Assembly: GCA_022709665.1 (NCBI GenBank)
Contig: JAKLIJ010000002.1
Span: forward strand, 1 to 46,188
DNA from: Bacteroidota bacterium
GTDB taxonomy: Bacteria > Bacteroidota > Bacteroidia > Bacteroidales > VadinHA17
Length of the DNA: 46,188 nucleotides
Reading direction: 5' to 3'
Below the pieces are notes generated by a model that was not told where the DNA came from, searched no databases, and was given only the letters and a program-made list of their open reading frames with translations. Both the position numbers and the translations under genes were made by a program. Numbering within the stretch: position 1 is the stretch's first letter; each line of letters starts with the position of its first letter. Shown piece after piece: positions 10,691-18,465 of the stretch.

Positions 10691-11962
10691 TTAAAGTTCG
10701 GTAAGCTGGAGATTCCTCCACCTTACTTTAATGCCGCCCCCGCTGTGTATTTGTAAAAGTATCCTTCCTTTGCCCTGTCCGATCTTTTCATCATTCATAT
10801 CAGTCATTACCTCGCCATTCAGCCAGGTGGTTATCTTGTCACCTTCAACCTTGATCCTCATGGTGTTCCATTCATCTTTCTTCAGGATATTTTCCTTCTC
10901 ATCAGGGATCTGATAAATCCATCCCCTGCCGTATGATTCATAGATGCCACCCGTATCATTTCCGGGAGGCGCCACCTCAACCTGCCATCCCGAGATCTGC
11001 ACTCCGGTCTTAATGTAGGAACGGATGAACACTCCGCTGTTTCCGTTCGCCTCCTGTTTAAACTCAAGGCTCAGATCGAAATCATCATAATATTTCCTTG
11101 TCCCGAGATATCCGTATTCCTCGTCAGGCCCGCTTTCACATACCAGTTCACCGTCCTTTACATACCATTGTTCAGTTCCGTAAATTTCCCAGCCTGTAAG
11201 GTCAGTACCGTTGAAAAGGTTCTCCTGTTGCGGTTTCCGGGGCAATTCCTTAATCTTCATATTCCTGAACCAAACCCTGCTGCCATGATCCTGGAGGGCA
11301 AATACCCCGCTCCTCGCAAGTCCGTACTCGGGAGCATTGTCCCATTTGCCGCTGTTTTTCCTTGAGAACCAGTCTTCAGTCCAGGCCTCGAATTCCAATA
11401 CCTTCTGACCGTTGAGCCAGTGTTCGACATGGCCGTTGTCAAAGACTATCCTGGAGTTGTTCCATTTCATAGCCTTGTTCAGCTCTTTTTTCGCCGGATC
11501 GCAGGTGTACATGGCGTAATCTGCCGCAGCTTTCTGCCACTCCTCTATCGGACTTGCAAATCCGATATCGTCAATAAGCTGGTACTCAGGACCGGTTACA
11601 TAAGGAACCTTAAGCTCGGGCCTCTCTACCACATGGTAGAGCAGACCGCTGTTACCTCCTTCTGATATCTTCCAGTCAAAATCAATTATGAAATTTTCAT
11701 AATCTCTCGTAGAGACAATATAACCTGTGCTGTCGCTTCCCAGTCCCAGGGATGTGAGCAATCCCTTTTCAACCTTCCAGGGAGCTATACTCACTTCTTC
11801 TCCCTTGAAGTCGCGCCATCCGTTAAGGCTGCTGCCATCGAACATCAGCGACCAGCCGTCGGCGATCTCCTGTTCAGTCAGAATGTTGATCTTTTTTCCG
11901 CAGCCGGAGAATATTATCCCCGCCATAAGGATTACAATAAAAATTGAAAGAGTTTTCTTCAT
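10691..11962 (-). CDS. Lipoprotein with two tandem DUF1080 (3-keto-disaccharide hydrolase-type) domains
   Basis: The start is moved to the ATG at 11962, giving MKKTLSIFIVILMAGIIFSGCGKK (signal peptide plus lipobox Cys). There are two repeats of the DUF1080 pattern: GW...W.V..G.L, then NSG, then EYQ(L)ID or GGIYE, then WN...I...G..I.HWLNG, ending LQDHGSRVWFRNMKI and LLQIHSGGGIKVRWRNLQL. Confidence 0.8.
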   Translation of the reverse strand: MKKTLSIFIVILMAGIIFSGCGKKINILTEQEIADGWSLMFDGSSLNGWRDFKGEEVSIAPWKVEKGLLTSLGLGSDSTGYIVSTRDYENFIIDFDWKISEGGNSGLLYHVVERPELKVPYVTGPEYQLIDDIGFASPIEEWQKAAADYAMYTCDPAKKELNKAMKWNNSRIVFDNGHVEHWLNGQKVLEFEAWTEDWFSRKNSGKWDNAPEYGLARSGVFALQDHGSRVWFRNMKIKELPRKPQQENLFNGTDLTGWEIYGTEQWYVKDGELVCESGPDEEYGYLGTRKYYDDFDLSLEFKQEANGNSGVFIRSYIKTGVQISGWQVEVAPPGNDTGGIYESYGRGWIYQIPDEKENILKKDEWNTMRIKVEGDKITTWLNGEVMTDMNDEKIGQGKGRILLQIHSGGGIKVRWRNLQLTEL

Positions 11963-12077
11963 ATTTGCCAGTGTTTGTGTTGTTTTATAATTCATCCGGA
12001 GCCTCCGGCATGGGTTTAGAGTGCTTAAAGTTATCAAACTTTAATTCTTTTTGGATAACTCTTAGGTACATTTTACC

Positions 12078-12085
12078 TAATTTTG
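12078..12085 (+). promoter_or_regulatory. Bacteroidota-type -7 promoter box TAATTTTG upstream of the DUF5063 operon
   Basis: Exact match to TAnnTTTG, 25 nt upstream of the ATG at 12110. A TTTG lies at 12050-12053, 24 nt upstream of the box (a candidate -33 element, with a slightly long spacer). Confidence 0.55.
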
Positions 12086-12109
12086 CAGGTCTGTTTATTA
12101 AAATTTAAC

Positions 12110-12730
12110 ATGACAAGCAAGAACGATCCGATTTATTCCCGCAGTGTAGTCGAGTTTACGGCGACGGCTATGGAATTCTGCAAATATGCCGAAAATGCAG
12201 GCCGGATGAAGGGAGATGAACTGTTTAAGATACTGCAGCGAATCCTTCCTTACCTTTATATCAAGGCTTCATTGCTTCCTTCGCTCGAACCTTATTTTGA
12301 AGACGGAAATGAAAAATTCGTCACTGAAGCCGACTGGTTCAGGATACATGATGAACTCAGAAATAAATTCGGAACTGCCGATGATTATGTGGATATGGCT
12401 GACGAAAAGTTCAACGAGGCTGAAGGACCTGTTGCTTCAAGTATTTCCGAAGACATGGCAGACATTTACCAGGATCTGAAGGATTTTTTACTGCTTTATC
12501 AGACAGGCACTCAGGAGGTAATGAATGACGCCGTGTGGGAAAGCCGGCTGAATTTCGAAAATTACTGGGGACAGAAATTGCTTAACTCACTAAGGGCAAT
12601 TCATAGATTCATCTACTCGGGAGAAGAGATAAGTATGACGGAACCACGTGATCCGGATGATCAGGCAAGAAAAACTTCCGACTGGTTCATTACAAGGAGA
12701 CAAAAGGACTTTAGAGGAAATGGAAAATAA
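12110..12730 (+). CDS. DUF5063 domain protein (unknown function)
   Basis: ORF with the start moved to the ATG at 12110 (MTSKNDPIYSRSVVEFTATAMEFCKYAEN...). It is an acidic helical protein resembling the DUF5063 family as I recall it. It overlaps the next gene by 11 nt. Confidence 0.65.
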   Translation: MTSKNDPIYSRSVVEFTATAMEFCKYAENAGRMKGDELFKILQRILPYLYIKASLLPSLEPYFEDGNEKFVTEADWFRIHDELRNKFGTADDYVDMADEKFNEAEGPVASSISEDMADIYQDLKDFLLLYQTGTQEVMNDAVWESRLNFENYWGQKLLNSLRAIHRFIYSGEEISMTEPRDPDDQARKTSDWFITRRQKDFRGNGK

Positions 12731-13307
12731 CGGATACGTACAGACAATTTCTGAAGAGGAAATAGGCAAGTTCGAATTGTCGTGGTTCAGGGGCGAGATA
12801 GTGCTCATCGAGGATATGGAGACATTTAATGAAACCTTCCCAAGACTCAGGGGATCAGCGGTTCTGGGATTTGATACCGAAACAAGGCCTTCATTCAAAA
12901 AAGGGAAGAAGAACAAAGTGTCTCTTATCCAGCTGGCAAATGAAGAGCTTGCCTGCCTGGTCAGAATTAATAAAATCGGAATCCCTCCTCAGCTCGCAAG
13001 CCTTCTTGCAAATGAAAACGTGATCAAGGCAGGCGTCGCCGTGCATGACGACATACGTTTCCTCAGAAATGTAAGGGGATTTGAACCCTCAGGCTTTGTT
13101 GATCTTCAGAAATTTGTAAGGGATTATGGCATTGAGGTTTCCGGTTTGAAAAAGCTGGCTGCAATTGTCCTGGGATTCAGAATATCAAAACGCCAGCAGG
13201 TAACTGACTGGGAAGCGGAACAACTCTCAGAAGCCCAGATTGTTTATGCCGCAACAGATGCCTGGGTATGTCATCAGATTTATAAAAAGCTTCTGAATGG
13301 AAATTAA
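12720..13307 (+). CDS. 3'-5' exonuclease, DEDDy / RNase D-WRN type domain
   Basis: LGFDTETRP (ExoI), AGVAVHDDIRFL (ExoII) and YAATDAWVCHQIY (ExoIII, the Y-x3-D type) are present. The start is placed at the ATG at 12720 (MENNGYVQT...). Confidence 0.8.
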   Translation: MENNGYVQTISEEEIGKFELSWFRGEIVLIEDMETFNETFPRLRGSAVLGFDTETRPSFKKGKKNKVSLIQLANEELACLVRINKIGIPPQLASLLANENVIKAGVAVHDDIRFLRNVRGFEPSGFVDLQKFVRDYGIEVSGLKKLAAIVLGFRISKRQQVTDWEAEQLSEAQIVYAATDAWVCHQIYKKLLNGN

Positions 13308-14475
13308 AATAACTCTGAAATCCGGAAAGGAACAGTCTGTGAAAAGACTTCATCCATGGATCTTTTCAGGAGCAATAAAAAAAATTTCCGGAACACCTGC
13401 TGAAGGCGATATTGTTAAGGTCTTCGACAATAATAACAACTTTCTTGCTGTCGGACACTACCAACCCGGCTCAATAGCGGTAAGAATCCTGTCATTCACC
13501 GATATTGAACCTGATGTCGGTTTCTTCAGACAGACCATTGAACGTGCATTTGAATTCAGGAAAGCCGCCGGTCTGACAGGCAATCACAAACTGAATGTCT
13601 TCAGACTGATACATGGAGAGGGGGACGGTCTGCCCGGACTTGTAGCCGACTATTACAATGGAGTGATCGTTATGCAGACGCACTCTGTTGGCATGTACAG
13701 GATCAGAAGAGAGCTGGCCGGAATATTGAGCGGGCTGCCTCACCTGAAGATCAGCGCCGTCTATGACAAAAGCGGATCGACAATTCCGTTCATGTCGGGA
13801 ATAAGACCCGAAAACGAATTTCTCCATGGCAGTTCCGAATCCGTTATCGTAACGGAATACGGTTTCAGATTCAGGATCGACTGGGTTGGCGGCCAGAAAA
13901 CCGGTTTCTTTATAGACCAGAGGGAGAACAGAAAACTCCTTGGTGAATTCACAAAGGACAGAAGCGTTCTGAATATGTTCGGCTATACGGGAGGGTTCTC
14001 GGTATACGCCATGAAAAATGCCCGCCTGGTCGACAGCGTTGACAGCTCCGCACAAGCCGTGCAAATGGCTGATGAAAATGTAAGACTCAATTTCGGCGAC
14101 GACCGCAGGCATACCTCGATACAGGCTGATGCATTTGAGTTCCTTAACGGGATAAAAGGAAAATACGATCTTATCGTTCTCGATCCTCCTGCCTTTGCAA
14201 AACACAACAATGCGCTCGACAATGCTCTCCAGGGATACAAAAGGCTAAATATGAAAGCCATACAGATGATAAAGCCGGGAGGCATTATTTTTACTTTCTC
14301 CTGCTCCCAGGTCGTAAGCAGGGAAAACTTCAGGAAATCGGTGTTTGCAGCAGCAGCAAACACCGGAAGAAAGGTGAGGATACTTCATCAGATGAGCCAG
14401 CCCCCGGATCACCCGGTCAATATCTACCATCCGGAGAGTGAGTACCTCAAAGGACTGGTTCTGTATGTTGAGTAA
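13297..14475 (+). CDS. rlmI: Class I SAM-dependent rRNA methyltransferase, RlmI-like (PUA plus methyltransferase domains)
   Basis: The N-terminal PUA-like segment is LKSGKEQSVKRLHPWIFSGAI. Further motifs are RLIHGEGDGLPGLVADYY, the SAM motif VLNMFGYTGGFSVYA, and LDPPAFAK. It overlaps the exonuclease gene by 11 nt. Confidence 0.8.
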   Translation: MEIKITLKSGKEQSVKRLHPWIFSGAIKKISGTPAEGDIVKVFDNNNNFLAVGHYQPGSIAVRILSFTDIEPDVGFFRQTIERAFEFRKAAGLTGNHKLNVFRLIHGEGDGLPGLVADYYNGVIVMQTHSVGMYRIRRELAGILSGLPHLKISAVYDKSGSTIPFMSGIRPENEFLHGSSESVIVTEYGFRFRIDWVGGQKTGFFIDQRENRKLLGEFTKDRSVLNMFGYTGGFSVYAMKNARLVDSVDSSAQAVQMADENVRLNFGDDRRHTSIQADAFEFLNGIKGKYDLIVLDPPAFAKHNNALDNALQGYKRLNMKAIQMIKPGGIIFTFSCSQVVSRENFRKSVFAAAANTGRKVRILHQMSQPPDHPVNIYHPESEYLKGLVLYVE

Positions 14476-14477
14476 CA

Positions 14478-14501
14478 AATTTGAAAATTTGAGAATTTGA
14501 A
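14478..14501 (+). repeat. Three in-phase 8-nt units AATTTGAA / AATTTGAG / AATTTGAA immediately upstream of the tex ATG
   Basis: Read directly: AATTTGA begins at 14478, 14486 and 14494. The array fills most of the 27-nt rlmI-tex spacer. Confidence 0.9.
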
Positions 14502-14502
14502 A

Positions 14503-16638
14503 ATGGAGTTGAATAAGAATATTAAGCTTATCGCCTCAAGGCTTGGCCTGCATGTCTGGCAGGTTGAAAACACGATCCGTCTGATGGACGACGGGGCTAC
14601 CATCCCATTCATAAGCCGGTACAGGAAAGAGATGACCGGAAGCCTGGACGAGGTACAACTGCTTCACATAAAGGAAGAATATGTCAGGCTCAAAGAACTC
14701 GATGCCCGGCGCGAAAGCATTATTAAATCGATCGAAGAGCAGGAGAAGATGACTGCCGAACTCAGGGAAAAAATCGATAATGCTGTCACTATGGCTGAAT
14801 TGGAGGATATCTACCTTCCATACAGGCCAAAGAGACGCACCAGGGCAACCATTGCAAGGGAAAAAGGCCTCGAACCTCTCGCTGCCATTATCATGGATCA
14901 GAAGGAAATCAACCCTCGGCGAAAGGCTGAAGAGTTCCTGAACGATGAGGTGAAAAGCGTGGAAGAGGCGATAGCCGGAGCTTCCGACATCATCGCCGAA
15001 TGGGTGAGCGAAGACGAAAAGGCGAGAAGACAGCTAAGACGGCTCTTCGAGAAGGAAGCTGTCATTTATTCGAAGGTTGTAAAGGGCAAGGAAACCGAAG
15101 GCATAAAGTTCAGTGACTATTTTGACTGGTCCGAACCCCTCAGAAAATGCCCTTCGCACAGACTTCTTGCAATGAGAAGGGGAGAGGATGAAGGTTTCCT
15201 CCGTCTTTCAGTTGAACCGGATGAGAAAAATGCACTTGATCTGCTGTTTTCAATATTCGTCAGGGGAAGGAACGAATCCTCATCACTTGTTGAAGTTGCT
15301 GTAAGGGACAGCTGGAAAAGGCTTCTTTCCTCATCGATGGAGACCGAATTCAGAAATATTTCAAAGGAAAAGGCTGACGGTGAAGCTATTGGAGTTTTCG
15401 CGGATAACCTGAAGCAGCTTCTCCTTGCATCTCCTCTCGGTGAGAAGAACGTCCTGGCAATTGACCCCGGCTATAGAACCGGCTGCAAGGTGGTCTGCCT
15501 CGACAGGCAGGGCAACCTGCTTCATAACGAAACAATTTACCCCCATCCGCCCCAGAACGAAACAGCCCTGTCGGTCAAAAAGATTCTTACACTTGTCAGT
15601 GCATACAGGATAGAAGCTGTAGCAATAGGCAACGGGACAGCAAGCCGTGAGACGGAGGATTTCATAAAGTGGATAAAATTCGACAGGGATATCCAGGTAT
15701 TCGTGGTCAGTGAAGCCGGAGCGTCCGTTTATTCGGCATCAAAGGTTGCCCGTGAGGAATTCCCCGATTATGACGTAACGGTCAGGGGTTCGGTATCAAT
15801 AGGGAGAAGGCTGATGGACCCGCTTGCCGAACTCGTAAAGATCGATCCCAAATCGATAGGAGTAGGCCAGTACCAGCATGATGTAGATCAGCTTAAACTT
15901 CAGAACGCTCTTGATGAGGTTGTTTTAAGCTGTGTAAATGCAGTAGGCGTTGAGGTCAATACGGCAAGCAGACACCTTCTTACTTACGTTTCGGGACTCG
16001 GTCCACAGCTTGCACAGAATATGGTGGATTACCGCACGGCAAACGGCCCGTTCAGGTCAAGGACCGAACTTATGAAAGTGAAGAGGATGGGAGAAAAGGC
16101 ATTCGAACAAAGCGCCGGATTCCTCAGAATCAGAAACGCTGAAAATCCACTCGATTCAAGCGCCGTTCACCCTGAAAGCTATCATATCGTCGAAAAGATG
16201 GCAGCCGACATGGGCTGCGATATCAGGGAACTGATGACAAACGATGAAAAACGGAAGGCAATAAGGCTTGAAAAGTACATCACCTCAGCAACAGGTCTGC
16301 CCACTCTGAAGGACATAATGGATGAGCTGGCCAAGCCGGGCAGAGACCCCCGGTCAGCTATAAAGGAGTTCAGATTTGCCGATATTCATTCAATGGAGGA
16401 TCTTGTAAGCGGAATGATAGTCCCCGGAATTGTAACAAATGTTACAAAATTCGGAGCTTTCGTTGATATAGGCATAAAGCAGGATGGATTGGTTCATATT
16501 TCAAATATGAGTAACACTTACGTGTCCGATCCCTCAAAAGTGGTCAGGCTTCATCAGCATGTGATGGTAAAGGTGCTGGATGTAGACATTGAAAGAAAAC
16601 GGATCCAGCTTTCCATGAAGGGACTTGACAATAAATAA
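14503..16638 (+). CDS. tex: Tex-like transcription accessory protein (YqgF/RuvC-like, HhH and C-terminal S1 domains)
   Basis: The N-terminus is VENTIRLMDDGATIPFISRYRKEMTG. AIDPGYRTGCKV is YqgF-like. The C-terminal S1 domain is GMIVPGIVTNVTKFGAFVDIGIKQDGLVHIS. The track start at 14497 is a TTG; the ATG at 14503 is preferred. Confidence 0.9.
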   Translation: MELNKNIKLIASRLGLHVWQVENTIRLMDDGATIPFISRYRKEMTGSLDEVQLLHIKEEYVRLKELDARRESIIKSIEEQEKMTAELREKIDNAVTMAELEDIYLPYRPKRRTRATIAREKGLEPLAAIIMDQKEINPRRKAEEFLNDEVKSVEEAIAGASDIIAEWVSEDEKARRQLRRLFEKEAVIYSKVVKGKETEGIKFSDYFDWSEPLRKCPSHRLLAMRRGEDEGFLRLSVEPDEKNALDLLFSIFVRGRNESSSLVEVAVRDSWKRLLSSSMETEFRNISKEKADGEAIGVFADNLKQLLLASPLGEKNVLAIDPGYRTGCKVVCLDRQGNLLHNETIYPHPPQNETALSVKKILTLVSAYRIEAVAIGNGTASRETEDFIKWIKFDRDIQVFVVSEAGASVYSASKVAREEFPDYDVTVRGSVSIGRRLMDPLAELVKIDPKSIGVGQYQHDVDQLKLQNALDEVVLSCVNAVGVEVNTASRHLLTYVSGLGPQLAQNMVDYRTANGPFRSRTELMKVKRMGEKAFEQSAGFLRIRNAENPLDSSAVHPESYHIVEKMAADMGCDIRELMTNDEKRKAIRLEKYITSATGLPTLKDIMDELAKPGRDPRSAIKEFRFADIHSMEDLVSGMIVPGIVTNVTKFGAFVDIGIKQDGLVHISNMSNTYVSDPSKVVRLHQHVMVKVLDVDIERKRIQLSMKGLDNK

Positions 16639-16680
16639 TTGGGGGCTGACTGCTGAGATCCGAATGATTCGAGGCTTACA

Positions 16681-18453
16681 TTACTCTATTCCGATAAGCT
16701 TCCTCAGTTCGGCTATATGATTCTCGTAGATACCCCTCGGAACTGTATTGTATTTCCTGCACAGTGAAGCTGCATATCCTACGGCAACACCCATCTGACC
16801 AGTTGTATGCATCACCCTCGGACCACCAAGCCCTACATGGGAACAACTGAAACACCGGCCGGCCATGAAAAGGTTTTCTATGTTTTTCGAATAAAGTGTC
16901 CTGTAGGGTATATAATAGTGATCCACCTTGTGATACAGGGCTTCCGACATGAAGTCGGGCATCGCACTGTCAGCTTCAGCCTGCTGATAATGAACATCAA
17001 TGTTTCTTGTTTCCATTGCCACTGCATCGTGGAATTCAGTCATATTCCTTTCATCATTGAAAGTGTAAATGTAATCGCCTGTCAGCCTCCTCGATTCCCT
17101 TTTGCCAACAAGATATCCTACCCAGTCGAGTCCGATATTGGCATTTGCCGGGTCCTTCTTTGCATTGCTGAATGATCCGTATATGGCTTTAAGGATATGG
17201 TCGCGTATGTACTCCGCGTCATCTATCTGGTTCAGGTCATCACGCGAAAACTCCCATTGCCAGGTTCCCGATAAAGCTGTATGGTCACCGGCAACATCCA
17301 TTGCCCAGGGAACATCGGGAAATGTTACCGCTTTCCCGGCGTCATAGGTCGTCCAGAGAACAGACGAACCCATAACCTTGCCGTCAGCCCTGGACGGGCT
17401 CCAGAGTTCCCCGTAGCCGGCCAGGCTTTCGCCATATTTTGAAGAATCTTCTCTGCCGTACATGAATTCAGCGCCCGCCCAGTAACCTATCCAGCCGTCG
17501 CCCGTGCAATCGGCAAAAAGGGGAGCACTGAAGCGCATCCTCCTCCCTGTTGCCGTCTGACGCGCATCGATCGAGGTAATTTTTCCGTCTTCGGTGTTCG
17601 CAGAGTATACCCTCCAGTTAAGAAATATGCTTATGTTTTTATATTTCGCCATATTGTCGTGCCGCTTTCTATCGTCCTTCATTGCTTCGGGCGATCCGTT
17701 AGGCCACCATACGGTGTTGAGCATGTTTATTATTCTTTCAGATTTCCATGCTATTCCCTCGGTATGAACGCGTATTTCACTGCTTGCATTTCCTCCCAGG
17801 ACCGGCCTGTCGTGAACCAGAGCAACAAGAAGTCCCTGTTCGGCAGCCGCAATTGCTGCAGCGCAGCCTGCAATGCCGCCGCCGGTTATCACAAGATCAA
17901 ATTCTGCTTGACGCTCAGGAATATCCTCATCCCCGCCAAGCTTTTTTCTCCATGAAGCGAGCCCTGAACCATCTGAAGGCGGAGCTGTTTTTTTTGTACT
18001 AAAGTAAACTGCATCGCATCTTCCGTCAAATCCGGTCAGGTCCTTCAGTACTATTTTCAGGGCCGGGTCTTCAATCGGCACTCTTCCTGCATACTGCCAG
18101 TGCCATGATTCAACTCCTGTTCCAAGGATGCTTTTAAGTTCTATCCCGTTTATCACAATTTTAAACCTGCCGGGAGCCTCCCAGTCACCCTTTGCCCAGT
18201 TAAGCGTCCTGACCCACACATGATATTTCCCTCGTGCCGGAATCGTAACAGTCGTGGAAGCATCCCTCACGGGAGTTCCCAGACCGTGAGCAAGAAGATA
18301 GGGAGAGCCCATCTGTTCGGTAAACTGAGGATCAACAAGCCAGCTTCCTTTATCCAAAAACGATTCGGCTTCAACAAGCAGTTCATGGTTATCATTGCTG
18401 CATGAGATACCTGTGAAAAAGAGCAATATGAAAAGAGGAGTTGTGATCTTCAT
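16681..18453 (-). CDS. Secreted FAD-dependent oxidoreductase with an N-terminal beta-sandwich/CBM-like domain
   Basis: The signal/lipobox-like N-terminus is FFTGISCS. An extra domain of about 170 aa is present (EAESFLDKGSWLVDPQFTEQMGSPYLLAHGLGTPVRDA...). It is followed by the dinucleotide-binding motif DLVITGGGIAGCAAAIAAAEQG. Confidence 0.7.
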   Translation of the reverse strand: MKITTPLFILLFFTGISCSNDNHELLVEAESFLDKGSWLVDPQFTEQMGSPYLLAHGLGTPVRDASTTVTIPARGKYHVWVRTLNWAKGDWEAPGRFKIVINGIELKSILGTGVESWHWQYAGRVPIEDPALKIVLKDLTGFDGRCDAVYFSTKKTAPPSDGSGLASWRKKLGGDEDIPERQAEFDLVITGGGIAGCAAAIAAAEQGLLVALVHDRPVLGGNASSEIRVHTEGIAWKSERIINMLNTVWWPNGSPEAMKDDRKRHDNMAKYKNISIFLNWRVYSANTEDGKITSIDARQTATGRRMRFSAPLFADCTGDGWIGYWAGAEFMYGREDSSKYGESLAGYGELWSPSRADGKVMGSSVLWTTYDAGKAVTFPDVPWAMDVAGDHTALSGTWQWEFSRDDLNQIDDAEYIRDHILKAIYGSFSNAKKDPANANIGLDWVGYLVGKRESRRLTGDYIYTFNDERNMTEFHDAVAMETRNIDVHYQQAEADSAMPDFMSEALYHKVDHYYIPYRTLYSKNIENLFMAGRCFSCSHVGLGGPRVMHTTGQMGVAVGYAASLCRKYNTVPRGIYENHIAELRKLIGIE

Positions 18454-18465
18454 TGCCTCCGGGTT

